Shown here piece after piece: positions 12,732-25,560 of a DNA stretch of 51,802 bases. Numbering within the stretch: position 1 is the first letter of the stretch; every line of letters begins with the position of its first letter. The stretch comes from Asterionella formosa. Lineage: Eukaryota. Made by a program: the position numbers and the translations under genes. The DNA is taken from positions 1-51,802 of the forward strand of contig NKIB01013769.1 in NCBI GenBank assembly GCA_002256025.1. Reading direction: 5' to 3'. Below the pieces are notes generated by a model, which saw only the letters and a program-made list of their open reading frames with translations, did no database searches and was not told where the DNA came from.

Positions 12732-13940
12732 ACATGATCATAATACTAATCACAAGCATTGTTCAAAAAACATTGACATGCATTGTAATTTAACTATCAA
12801 ATTTAGCAATGCTATCTTTTATTCTACAGGCCAGCAACCTAACATTTCTCTCTCTACTCGGCTCAATGTATATTGCTCCTGTCTCGCCCTTTTCTTCCTC
12901 TATTCTGAATCATGTGTCAGGCAGTGCCTACTAATCTTGCGTCTCTTTCCCTGTTGTTAGTGTCACTCTGAACTTGCCGACTATTCCGTTGTTTGATTGT
13001 TTTTATTGTCCTATGCATGCAGTTACAGTAACAATGAGAAGGAATGATTTGTTAGCTAGTCATGTTCCATTGACACAACGACACGCAATACCACCGTATC
13101 CTCTTGCTCCACTTACCACAAATCAAAGCAACTGATGCATAAGTCTGTAATAGTAAATTGTCAGTAAATTCTTGAATAAGTAAGTTTCAGGTATCCAATG
13201 TTGTCGAATAAAACTTACCGATTCATTTTCGTTAGCTTAACTTTGAGAGAAGGTTAACATGTCTGTCAGTTATGTTCCAACAGAAGTGAATAGGTCTAAC
13301 GACAAGAGCACTTACCAATTTTGTTTTGTTTTACATTAGTGCTCCCCAACAAGCGAAATGAGCTATTGAATCAACTGAGAAAAAAGGAAATGTGCATTTA
13401 GTTTACAATTGGTTGCTGTCCTCCCAACGATTTTCATCCATGTACCAAATTGATGTCTTCATTACCTTGAACATACTCCATCCTTCGAAGGCGCAATGTG
13501 TCGAAGCCACAATGTTTTTCGTTATTGCATAAACTTTCCTTGTTATATTCTTTACTTTGATATTTCTTTTCACGAAGTAGGCATTGTTATGCATGACAGG
13601 ACGATTTCAAATATATTTGCCATGTATACATAGTTATAAAATTTGTAAATATATAAATATATCAAGTGTCGTACATTTATAAAATTCAAAAGACACTCTC
13701 AAATCGGCACGTCTGGTATTGTTAAGATGATCATACTTGCATATACATAATTCGAAAATATGCAATGCACGATATGTCCATTGTTTTCCACGACTTCGTG
13801 TACGGGTACTGTTTCTGAAATTTGTTTGCATCAATATCTTCTACATCCATTGGAACTAATTATTTAGACCATTCAATTGGTGCCCATTTGTATCATTATT
13901 TATACTCAAGGATTTTGGTAGCCAATTATTTAAGCCCTTT
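12732..13940 (-). pseudogene. Degraded intron-containing repeat-borne gene, diverged paralog of ~24160-25560
   Basis: Shared blocks such as CACTTACCACAAAT...AACTGATGCATA, GCACTTACC.ATTT and GAGCTATTGAATCA at both loci; CTTAC (minus-strand GTAAG donors) conserved in both. Confidence 0.5.
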
Positions 13941-14031
13941 TTTGGCGGTAGTTCTTCATGTGTACATCATATGATCATAACATTTACCATTTATATACAG
14001 AGTACCAGTAGGAGGTAGGAAGTGATATATT

Positions 14032-14261
14032 GGGGGTAGTCGGAGTAGTAAGCGAGCAATAGAACACCATATGTTCAGGAGCGTTGCTACTGCAGTGGGA
14101 CAGTAAATTATCATAGTTTCAGGATCGTATGATTGTAATATTGAAAGGGGGTAGTCGGAGTAGTAAGCAAGCAACAGAACACCATATGTTCAGGACGGTT
14201 GCTACTGCAGCGGGACAGTAAATCATCATAGTTTCAGGAATGTATGATCGTAAAATTGAGA
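14032..14261. repeat. Two-copy 115-bp tandem duplication
   Basis: GGGGGTAGTCGGAGTAGTAAGC..GCAA.AGAACACCATATGTTCAGGA at 14032 and 14147. Confidence 0.9.
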
Positions 14262-14456
14262 GCAAGATATGCTATTACTCAAACTTGCTTCTGATTTTGT
14301 ATACAATATGCGGTAATGTAAATACCACTGTTGGTCTCATGGTATCATATCTAGACAGCGTAAAATATTATATGTAATGGCTGATGATTAATTTCATTGT
14401 AGCAACACCTGATTTTAAGATCATCGAACTTAAGACAACACTTATCTGGTAGTACA

Positions 14457-16344
14457 ATGTCTTTAAAAAACCATAAAGAGGCTCATGGAAACAAGCGACA
14501 TGTGGCAAATACTGCCGGTATGGAACAAAGAGGCAAGTACCCAGATGAGATAGCAAAGAAAAAGCGAATCGGCGATTATCCAAAGGAACCCAATTGGCGA
14601 CAGGGAGCTAGTGGAGATACTACCCCATCGTCCACGGGGACACCATCAGCTACACAGGATCCCCTAGTTGATACTGAAAGCGATGATAATGTTTCGTCTT
14701 CTTCAGTTGTTGCTACAAGAAAAATGGGTCCTGTCGATGATACCATTAATAACTCCCGGATGCAGATGGACGGCATGGTACCATATCATAAATTTTATAT
14801 CGCACGGACCAACAGGTACATGAAAAACTGAGGGAAAACAATTTTGCACTTGCCAAAGGATATTATCAATTGGTCAATGAACTCAATTACTACAAAGGTC
14901 GTAATTCGGTTCAGAACTCGTCCGTGCGAGGTTATCAAGAATCTTCTATTTTAGCAGCCTTATCAGAACGTCGTTCCCGCTTAGCTAAAATTGAACCATC
15001 AATTGTCGCAAAGCTTGTGAGTTATATTTTCAAGACCAAGAAGTTTTGCTGTGAACATGTAAGTTTGATGTTATAGCTCGTGAATTGCAGGTACTGTAAA
15101 ACAGAATATCAATCTAATGTGCTTTTTTCTGGTCCCAAAAGAGAATCAAACATCCCGCCCTATCTGGTCCAAGTAGTATGACAGGCATTTCCAATCACAA
15201 ACAGGATTGGTTTGTCCAATGTTGCCTAACTCGGCTATACACAGTGAAACCGGAGTTAGGCAAAGAATTGGAGAGTGACCCAGAGCTTGCCGATTTTATA
15301 TGGAATGGTTCTGATGCACTACTTCCGATGAATCAGACCATTGAACGAACCACCAACAAGCCACGTTTAGATTACATCAAATCAACATTTGGTGGCATGT
15401 GCATTAAAAAGTTGAGAGAAAGTCAGAAATTTATTGAATAATCAATTTAAAGGAATCTTAGGTAAGTTCTTGCAGGGAGATGCTCCGAAAGCATGATGTT
15501 TTGAGTCGGTGATTATATTCTTATCAAATATGTTTCAATTTAAAAATGCTAACATAATTCATGACACACCAGCTGGTCTAACAGAATGTAACTTCCAGAC
15601 TACAGATATTGATGAATTTATTAGCTAGGTGGGCGCTCACGCTTTATCGTTTTGCGCAGTCAAAGCCCATTGACAGGGGAAGCCATGGATACCAAGTCTG
15701 GCGTGATGTTCTTGCTCCAGTGTATTTTATAGGCAGGACAAGCCGTGGAGAACCATTTTTAACAGGAGACAAATCTGGTGTGACCAAGCCAAATTTCAAT
15801 TATGTCTTCGGGCGCAGTGTGAATTGCAATCACGTTTTGTTGGTTCGTTGATCAATGCCAGTACAGAAGCATTTTGCTTCTTGGTGCTGAAAGTAGAGCT
15901 CCGATTGAAACAAAAATATTTAGGTTTCAATCCAGGCAGATACGTATGAAATTTCAGAGAAGCAACGATATTCGTCATTCTACTGATTTTGTCGACATTG
16001 GTGGGAAACCACTTATCAAAACAAGTGTGAGGGAAGAGAGTTCAGTTTCTAATGGTCTCACTGATCAATGGACTGATGATTTAATCATTTATTATAAGGA
16101 AAGCTACACTGAACTTTCACAAAAGAATCAATCTGAATATGGAAGGAATCCTAGTGGAATTGCTACTTCCACCACAAATATCATCTACCCACACTCATAC
16201 TTCTCATTTCCCAACGTAAGTGAAGAGGATATACATCAATATGTTGAACCACTTCAACCAAATGCTCCTGAAAAGAATATTGATTATAATGACCGCATTA
16301 ATCAATGGGACATTGATGACGACATTGATTTTGAATGGATCTAA
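14457..16344 (+). pseudogene. Degraded multi-exon companion ORF upstream of the Plavaka-like transposase
   Basis: Same-strand ORF chain 14457, 14870, 15178, 15609, 15874 with GTAAG donors at ~15059 and ~15462. Function unknown. Confidence 0.45.
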
Positions 16345-16643
16345 TAGAATCCAATGCATACTTAGTAGTTACATAATAAATATAGTTAGTGTGAGACTTC
16401 TACAATGCAAACCATATCATAGATGTTAGGAAAACATTGACGCTGCTCTATACTACTAGTAGTGCCGCCTGTACTATATGTAGCGGTATACCTCCATTTT
16501 TACTTCTGGTACTATGGTGGAGTGATGATTTCACGACTCTGTATTGTCCAGCACAGCATGTTGGGAGTGATGCTAAATTTATTATTAATTCATTTTCATT
16601 CTATCCTGTTCATATCCTGACTTTGTCATCATTTGAAATTTGC

Positions 16644-18991
16644 ATGTCTTTGCGGACATTACAATGGTGTTATCTGTGTAACTACAAATTTCGGAAGAAC
16701 AAATTCCCATCTGAGTCTCACAATCGAAATTGCAGCAACCGTGATTTTAATTCATATGGTCACTGTCTACATTGCATGCCAGAACATCGATTTCTGGAAT
16801 ATATAATGAAACTGTGTGTTTCGGTAGTGCATCGAATCATTCAAGGAAAGAAGTTAATGGCAGTGTAACTGCTGCAGCATTTAGGGAGAGTAGACAACAC
16901 GAAGAGATTATATGCCCTATCCTTGAATCCAGTGGCCATACCCATCCATTTCATGACGACAGCGACGATTCAGTTTATAATAATATTCAGTCACAACAGG
17001 ACGAACAATTGAGACTAAAAACTCTCCATGGATTGAATTCAGAAACCATGCAATATTCAGATTTTCAAGATCGCACCGGCTTTCTCCCTGAAAATGCAAT
17101 GGAAATGCCCCTTCCTCCTCAATTTCAACTTACAAGTAAACAGTCTCTAAACATGCATCCAATCGAATTAGAAATCATGTTATTCCTTAACGAAAAATTA
17201 CCTTCCAGCAGTTTACTTTGATCATCTAATGAAATGGCTGTTCAAGGCAAAAGCAATGAAATATTTTGATAGAAGGTATCAAGCTCCATCCTACCAGACT
17301 TTGAAAAAACGCATGGATGTTTCATTTCCACCAACAATAGCTGGTGGTCCACTGCTGACCAAACAAATACAGATTGATAACAATTCAAACATGGTCATCC
17401 CACGCACACTCCATTTTTTTCGAACCAATACAGCTCATAGCAGCATTGCTACGCGATTCCGATATCATGCAACATTTTGTATGTCACCAACAAGTGAAAC
17501 TTACAACTTGTGGATAATGCATATATGACAAAGTAACTTCAGCGACTTGGTTTGAAAATGCGTTCAACAAAATTCTCCTGCATCGGAAAACGGAGTGTTG
17601 AAGTCAGGGTGTTTATTTGTTGCCCTGGCAGTTTTGGGTGAGGGCTCACCTATTGATACACAGATGAAACATTCCGAGCACCTGCCCGTTTTTGTTGACA
17701 AGGTTAAACTTAACGTTAGAAGGAAGGAAAAAAGTTGATGGATGGCAATTGGCATCTCTTTTGCCAGACATTGAAGTCAGTGATCTGGAGAAACAAATGA
17801 ATAATAAGATATCTGGTGATGACTTGTCCTTATGTCGACTCAAATTATACCATTCTGTTACAGGATCTCTATTGTCGCCTTGGGTTCATGGTCTTGGTAT
17901 GACGAAAGTTTATTTCCAGATTGGAATGATCATTGGTGATACAGAAGCGCACAACAAAACTTGCGGTTTCAGGGGTGGTAATGGACTATATCGACGATAT
18001 GTTTGTCATGATTGCCTGGTTTCAAGTGAAGATGCTGATACTCCCGATATTGGATGTGAACGTCGTAAAGTGTAAGTTATTAAAAAGTTTTTAAACAAAT
18101 TTCTTGACAAAAATGCATATCCCGATGGAAAATTACCGTGTATCCCACCTGAGTATTGTGTCTCCCAATCTGATGGCAAATACGCAACAGCAAACTAGCG
18201 GTGCCGTGTTATATCGCATAATATTTTTATGCCTGCACTAACAAATCATTTTTTTGGTGGTGAATTAGAAGGATTATTTGGTGCAACTCCATTTGAGGTT
18301 CTTCATCAATTACTACTTGGAATATTTCAGTACATTTTGGAATCATTGTACAATTATCGGACTATCCCTGAAGAATGGACATGTTCGTTTAAAGAAAGAA
18401 AATCATCAGATGTTTCAGAGAACATCTCTGATCAGAATTGTAGCACTGAAACAACAGACATTGCTTTTCTTGATCAAGAGCAACCGAAGAAACGGGCAAA
18501 GACCAAAAAGGACACATGCACCAGTTACCAAAAATATCTACACTGGCAAAAATCAAAACCCAACACTTGTACCAGCACCAGAAAGACACTATACTTTGAA
18601 CAAAGTGCTAGATATATCAATAGTCATTTGGAAAAGCAAAGCGATCGTGATATTCCCAAAATTGTCATACAGATCTGGGATGAAAGCTTTGTCAAAAATG
18701 TCAGGGCAAGAAATTCCTGGATTATGTCTGTTATCTATTTTTTCAATGGGTGGAATGATGGGTTCAGAGAACATGCACCTAGAAAAGGATTTCACATTGC
18801 TGTTATGGTTATGTATATCTATCAATGACGCTTTATTCATACCGCTGTATACATCAACATGTATTGATATTTTAAAGGAGAGGGTTAAGAGATTTATGTC
18901 AGTTACTAAGATTATGATTATGTCCCCAACGGGAAATGATATCTCAAATTGGCTTACGAATGGCAAAACGTTGATACATATAAAAGAATAA
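16644..18991 (+). mobile_element. Plavaka/CMC(EnSpm)-like transposase pseudogene, 3' truncated
   Basis: N-terminal CxxC fingers; IIGDTEAHNKTCG...CHDC; GATPFEVLHQLLLGIFQY; KQSDRDIP/RSGMKALSKMSGQE. The motif order matches what I recall for Plavaka/CMC transposases. Many frameshifts. Confidence 0.7.
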
Positions 18992-19390
18992 TATAAATAA
19001 TAGTGATAATATAGTTTCACATACTAATTAAGTTATTAGAAGGTTTTCACAAACTACAATATCCTAAGGAATGATGAGATTGGATGATCTCAATGGTCCA
19101 TTATTTGTTCTTTGTCACTCCCAAAGAACCTAAGATGGTCCTTCTCGTTTTGTCCGAAATTGCTAACTTTTTGTCAATTTTGATGCATCCAGAAATTTGG
19201 CCAAGAGGTACATGATTATACCATTTGAAGGGGGCAACTTTTTCATTCATTTGTTGGATCATGGATTTCACATTGACAACATCATCCTTCTTGAAAAATT
19301 CATTGCAAGGAAGTCGTCCAAATACATAGCTCAACAATTTTAAATCTAAATAGGAGCTCAAAATTTTGTCGATACAAAATTGAAGAACAG

Positions 19391-21235
19391 TTATTTCCAA
19401 CTGAAACATATCCTCACGAGTTGAACAACAGTTATTTCCAACTGAAACATATCCTCACGAGAATTTGTTGTTTTCACTTGAGGCGAAACTGTTCCAAGAT
19501 GAAAGTATGTTGACTTGGTTGGTGGGTCAGATGTAACAGATAACAAATCGTCTGTTCCATCTGTTGCTACCATTTGACGTTTTAAAACTTTCCAGGACTC
19601 CGTCTCCAAACGGAATTGTGCCCGTTTGCCAAGAAATTTGGTTTTGCCATTCCTTTGTAATTGCAATAGAGTTTCTAACACTTTCACAATTGTAAATGGT
19701 CCACATGACCATCCACTGTCATCTTCTGGTTGAAATAACATGAAATCATGTTCAGTGGCCATAATGATCTGCAATGGTGCCATGCTTTGGTGCCAGTATA
19801 GAAAGATTCCCATAAACTAATTTCTTCTGGTGTATGGGATTCTTGTGGAAGATATCCTGTATCGGTGCATAACAATTCCAATTGTTTCGTGCATCCCGGG
19901 ATGATGCAGTACTTATGGGCAAGGTGAAATACTTGATCATAATGTTCATCCAAACTTGCATCTTTTCCCAGATCACGGACTTGACATAATCCATCATTTA
20001 TAGCAAAAAGATAATGCACAAAATGGTTGTTTTCCTCCTCATCTGATCTTTTGCAATAAACAATTAGCACATAGTTACTGTCATGATGAATTGGATGACA
20101 ATCACCTTGGTATATATACGGTTTGTTATCACCCTTTTCTGGGTTCTCATCCAGATCAAATATAACCTTTACATCGCTTAGATGAAGTTCATGAATTATA
20201 CAACGGTTCATAGAAGTAATTGTTTCAAGGTCCCAATATGCAAGCTCTTTAAAATCTGAAGATGATTTTTTGATACCTTTGACTCCATAAAAATTCAGAG
20301 GCGTAATTGCATATTTCTTGTGGGGTACGTGTGTACAATTCTTTCCACAATTTTAGTTGTCCATGAGTTTTCGGCAAACTCAAGGAAAATGCCGTTTGCT
20401 TTGGCATAATAACTCTACACATTTCACATGCTGACTCTTCACAAAAGTAGCTGCCTTCCGGATTGTTCTCGATGATTTTACAAAGAATTCTTTTTCTTCC
20501 ATGTATGATTTGGGAAAAGATTCAATTTTGTGCTTCAAACTTCGTTCCCGACTCAGTGCATCAGCTGGGCTGCCTTAGCCAGCATATCTCTGTCTGCATT
20601 GATCTTCTTGAATTCGACGTCTTGATCTAAAGCAGAATTTTTCTTGGATTTCTTTTCTTTTAGAAATTCAATAGATTCTCTGCTTTCATGATGTTCATCT
20701 TGATGTTCTGGTCTTATAGTTACATATATATCTTGGTTTTGCAACTTTTCAACCATGTCTACTTTGGAAGTGATGTCTGCCACATTTCCGCCGGTATTTT
20801 CATTCATTGCATAAACTTGTTCATCAAATGAATGAGAATCACTGAGATCTTCTTCATTATCAGCATGTCAGGAGAACGAGCAAAATACGACACTAGATGG
20901 AACTGTGACTCTGTAGGAATAGAGTCTTCATCCGCGAAGAACAACTGTTTGGGTTTCCTCTTCGAAAGCAACCTTTCCTTTTTTTCAATCTCTGCCACTA
21001 TTGAATTGGCATACTTCATTATTTTTTCTGGAGTATTATGAATCTGTTCAAATTCATCTGTTATTTGATTGTATTCAAAAGAATCTTCGATTGATTTCAT
21101 AAGTTTCTTCATCTTCATTTCCGAAAACATAAAGTTGTGTAGTGTAAACGACGGAAGTAAGTCACGTTTCTTGTTTGACTGATCCTTTCCATGAAATCCA
21201 TTAAAGCCATAAAATGCCATTTGGAAAGTTGTCAA
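19391..21235 (-). pseudogene. Degraded long ORF ending in a Ulp1/C48-like cysteine protease domain, convergent with the transposase
   Basis: NHFVHYLFAINDGLCQVRDLG (His...Asp) and FQPEDDSGWSCGPF (Gln...SCG) in successive frames. Confidence 0.5.
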
Positions 21236-22929
21236 AGGGCCAGAAGATTATGATGTAAAACAGTGGAAGGGAAACGCAGAACTTTTCGCGGCGCTTGTGG
21301 AGGTGCACCTGGTGTGATGGCAACCGAGTGTAGTAATTGTTGAACTGAGCAAAGTGTAATATGCATGTTGCGCCAGCGTAATGTTTACAGAATACATATA
21401 TAACAAGGAAAAACAACACGACGATGAATGTGATGGCTGGTTGTGGAGGATACCGGTATTTGATATGCGTCAACCCATACCACAAATCATATTATGGTGA
21501 TGTATATATCAAGGCATTCGTATACTTAGATCCTATTCACTATATAATACTATCATATCAATTATTTGCTTTTACTATATACATATAAAATTGAATATAT
21601 GTATTAAGTAACATACTTTATGATTGATTGATTTATTTTCTATGATGTATTGATAACACATGCATACATATTTTATCGCATTTTATTATCGTTGTAGTTT
21701 TTCAACCTAATCATATTTTGATTAAAAATATATCTTAAACATTTTACGAAATCATCATGGTTCCATGATCAATATAGGTTAGGTATGTGATGTACTTTAT
21801 TCAATAATACAAATCATATTTTGGTGATGTATGCATCGAAGTAACCCTATCGTGATATCACATTATCATCTTATCAATCATTCAATGTTGATTGGGAACT
21901 GTATTCTGCATCATACTACGGAGTATGATATTATAACACGCCCTTTAGTAGCTAAGTGACTGCTGTATAATGTACACAAGTCGACAGTGCACGTACTTCA
22001 CACATGCTAAGCAGGTTTGAGGCAACGGACAGTTCCAACGAGCGAATGACGATATGGGTACCAATTTTTCGAGTGGCAAACCATAATGATGAAGGACACT
22101 TGTCCCTCTATTGATGATGGCACGGACACCCACTTTTCCAGGAGCAAACAACAATGAAGAGATCCACTTGTCGCTCTATTGATGGTAACAAAGATGCGGA
22201 CAGAGTCAATAGTAAATACAAGTACAGCATGCCAAATGCAGAAACGAGCGACATGAAAAAGAAATTGTAATCAGAATCATTCTATATCTATAACTATAAC
22301 TATTACTATGTGGATAGCAGTCTGTTACATTTTCGTATCTCCTTCTATGCTGAATCTCAATAGTAGATGTAGTATCATGTGACAATTGAAAATGTCAACA
22401 AAAACAAGTAGAATGTGTTTGTTTACAAGTTGTTTTGCGAGATTGTCATGCTGGTGGTCGACGAAACGGAGTTAATATTTGCGCTGTGTGCAGAACCATT
22501 CTGAGTTTGAATGATTTCTTCTCTGTAAACTCTTAATTGAATGATTATGAACATAGGTTAACTGCACATGACGATTAATCGACGATATAATGATCACTTG
22601 ACCAACAATTGAAGACGTTGTTATCGCAAACAATCATTCCACTTGTCATCGCTAGTATTTCGTTGTTGTTGCAAAAATCGGAGTGATGACGGATGGAAAT
22701 GACAAGCCAAACTACATTACTTTACTAGCTGGTACATTATTCTACCGAGAAATTCAAATACAGCAATCTAATAGAAACTATACATATAAAAATTAAATAT
22801 ACATAGTCTAAAGGGTTACTATTTGAATTACAAGGGCATTTATCAAAATTATTAGATGATATAACGAAAAATTATGATCAGATGATCTCAATCCTATGAT
22901 GCATCATGGAAATATGATGGTTTTTATTT

Positions 22930-23945
22930 GCAGACGTGCATCCCTCAGGCATGGGCAGGTGGAGTTGCATGGTATTGAGGGGCAAAACTGGTCAAGAACT
23001 ATTAGTAATAACTGCATATAGAGTATCTCAAGTCTCAATGACCCAACATGGGGAAGACATCACATATCATCAGGAGCATATGATCATGTCAAAAACAGGG
23101 AACATCAACCCAAATCCAAGAAAGCAGTTTATTCTAGACATGATTAAGTTTATTCAAGACCACCAGGGCAGAGGAAGAGAAATTTTACTTATGCTCGATG
23201 CAAACAAGGAGGTTGGTAAAAAATCAAGGTATAACGGCTCTAGTCCAGGAATGTTCGCTCTATGACATTTTAGCAACATCCCATCTTGACAAAGATACTC
23301 CCGTAACATTCGACAGAGGTTCAAAGACCATTGACTACATATTAGGAAGCTAAAGGTGCAAGGAAACAATCCTGAGTGCAGGAGCGCTACCATTTTACCA
23401 CCGAATACAGGCAGACCACAGAGCAATATATGAGGACTTCTTCGGGGAACAGCTCTTTGGTGGGAACCAGTCCTCAATCTGCGAAATATCTACAGGCAGT
23501 CAAAAAGTACTGGCGACTCCATAAAATGTCTGAAAGGATAGAGAAACTACATAAGAACATGAAAGACAAGGAGCGAAATCCAGGAGGTGCAGCAGGACCG
23601 GGGAAGTCTGGACAAGGAGATCGGCAGGGCCATGAAGATATGAGAAAAGGCGCTCAAGAAACCGTCTGCAAGATGCTCCTGGTCCAAAGCTCTACGTTGT
23701 GCAGCGTATACTACACAATACTGGAAAAAGAGAACAAAGCTCCACAAGTATGGCATAGAAGAGACGGAAACCCTAGATACAATTAGGGAAATCGCGGGAA
23801 TAAAATAAGAAGACTTGGGAAGAGGAGCATCTATAAAAAAACTAGAGCAGTGGTCCAAGGAAAGCAAACAAAACCTCAAGGTTATTCAACGCGATTCGAT
23901 CAATTTCAGAACCACCAAGCTAAGAGAGGAACTTAAATACTGAAG
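22930..23945 (+). mobile_element. Non-LTR retrotransposon fragment: APE endonuclease region of ORF2
   Basis: GMGRWS..LRGK...VITAYRVSQ, NPRKQFILD, ILLMLDAN and, frameshifted, RGSKTIDYI (~23315-23342). Confidence 0.85.
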
Positions 23946-24119
23946 GGACAAACATCCGTCTGTAAACAAAAAACTATCATGAATACAGGATCAAGGGTAT
24001 CATACGCTAAGTGGCACAGGATTTTTACATATATGATAGTTTTTCGATCAAAAATATGATCAATGTATCATATAATTATGATCATGCAGTTAACTTTTAC
24101 CAAGCTTGAAGTATGATGA

Positions 24120-25560
24120 GACTATCATAGTTATAATACCATTGCATCATATAATTAGTTAAACATGGTCATATGATGTGTATACTTTTGTCACACATCT
24201 ATCTTAGCATGATTGTAATTCTCATCGATATCACTGTCTAAAATAGGATGAAATTGATCGAAATTTAGAACTATATTTAAGAATGGTTTTATGTTTCTAT
24301 ATCTTGAGTGGCTACAGAATGTTCTACAAGAATGCTCTCATCGCAATGATTGGTGCTTTAGCTTTCACTTCCACATTCCCCCCAATCCAATTCTGAAGGT
24401 TGTTGTACTGGTTGCCTTGCCGTTGTTCCCCTGCTTGCTTTGTTCCATTTACTCCTGAGGGTTCTGAGCTTGCATTCACGCACTATTGAATCCGTTTCGT
24501 TGTTCCAATCAGCCATACTAACAAAGAGAAGCAATTCATTGTTAGCTGCTCATCTTTTGCTACACAACAACATGCATTTCGCTTCTATCTGCCTTCACTT
24601 ACCACAAATTGAGGAGGTAACTGATGCATATTTCTGTAGAATAATGTGTCAGTTGAAGATTAAATGAAAAGCAAAGTATCGATCAATAAATGGGCTCCAA
24701 CACTGCTGTTTGTAACTTACAAATACTACTGTTTGTCTACCATTATCCCGAAAGAAGCAACACATATGTGTCAGTTTTTCTAACAGTTGTAGATTGATCC
24801 AAAGATGGCTAATAGGCAGCACTTACCGATTTCTTTTGTCCACATTGATGGTTGGCCAGCCACCAAATCGATAAGGAGCTATTGAATCACTGAAAGGGAA
24901 CGAGTCGTTCCATATTTGTAATCCCAGCAATTGATCATCCTGGCATTTGCTCTTGACAAACCATGATGCTATGCTCAACTTGTTGATTCCGCCCTTCTTC
25001 ATCATATTCACTCATTTTTATCGTGCTGTATTGTCACTTCAGTTTTTCGCATCATGTGTTGCTTGAGATCCTTCATTTCAGGAAGTGGATGCAGCATGAC
25101 AAGGAACATGAAAAGCATTTGCTCTTGACTTACCATCAATTGATTCCGCCCTTCTCTTCTAAGCCGCAAGTATCATTGTGCTGTATTATCACTTTCGTTT
25201 TCCACGTCATCATATGTGATGATCCTTCATTTCAGGAGCAAAGTGTATGTATGCATGACAAGGAACATGAAAACATGATTTCGAATGGTTCAGCCATGAA
25301 TAAATATATATATATATAAAGATTTGTAAGAAGTTTAAATGTATATATAGTTGAACAGTTGCATAGTTTTAAACACGCTCATTATACGGCACATCCTATG
25401 TATACTAAGCAACATCAATTTTGATTATACATAATTAGAATATATACAATGCATGATGAGTTCAAAGTTTTCCACTACCTGTTGAGTTTTTTCAATTTGT
25501 TTTGTGTCAATTCTTGTACTGTACCTACAAGTCAGTGGCTGATTTAATTAAGCCCCTTAA
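24120..25560 (-). repeat. Second diverged copy of the 11480-13940 repeat, lacking the TTAA element
   Basis: Collinear similarity blocks; internal duplication of TTGATTCCGCCCTTCT...GCATGACAAGGAACATGAAAA at ~24983-25280. Confidence 0.55.

Noticed and set aside
19386..19461. ~35-bp local duplication AACAGTTATTTCCAACTGAAACATATCCTCACGAG
   Set aside because: Ordinary slippage or repair duplication in a dead ORF.
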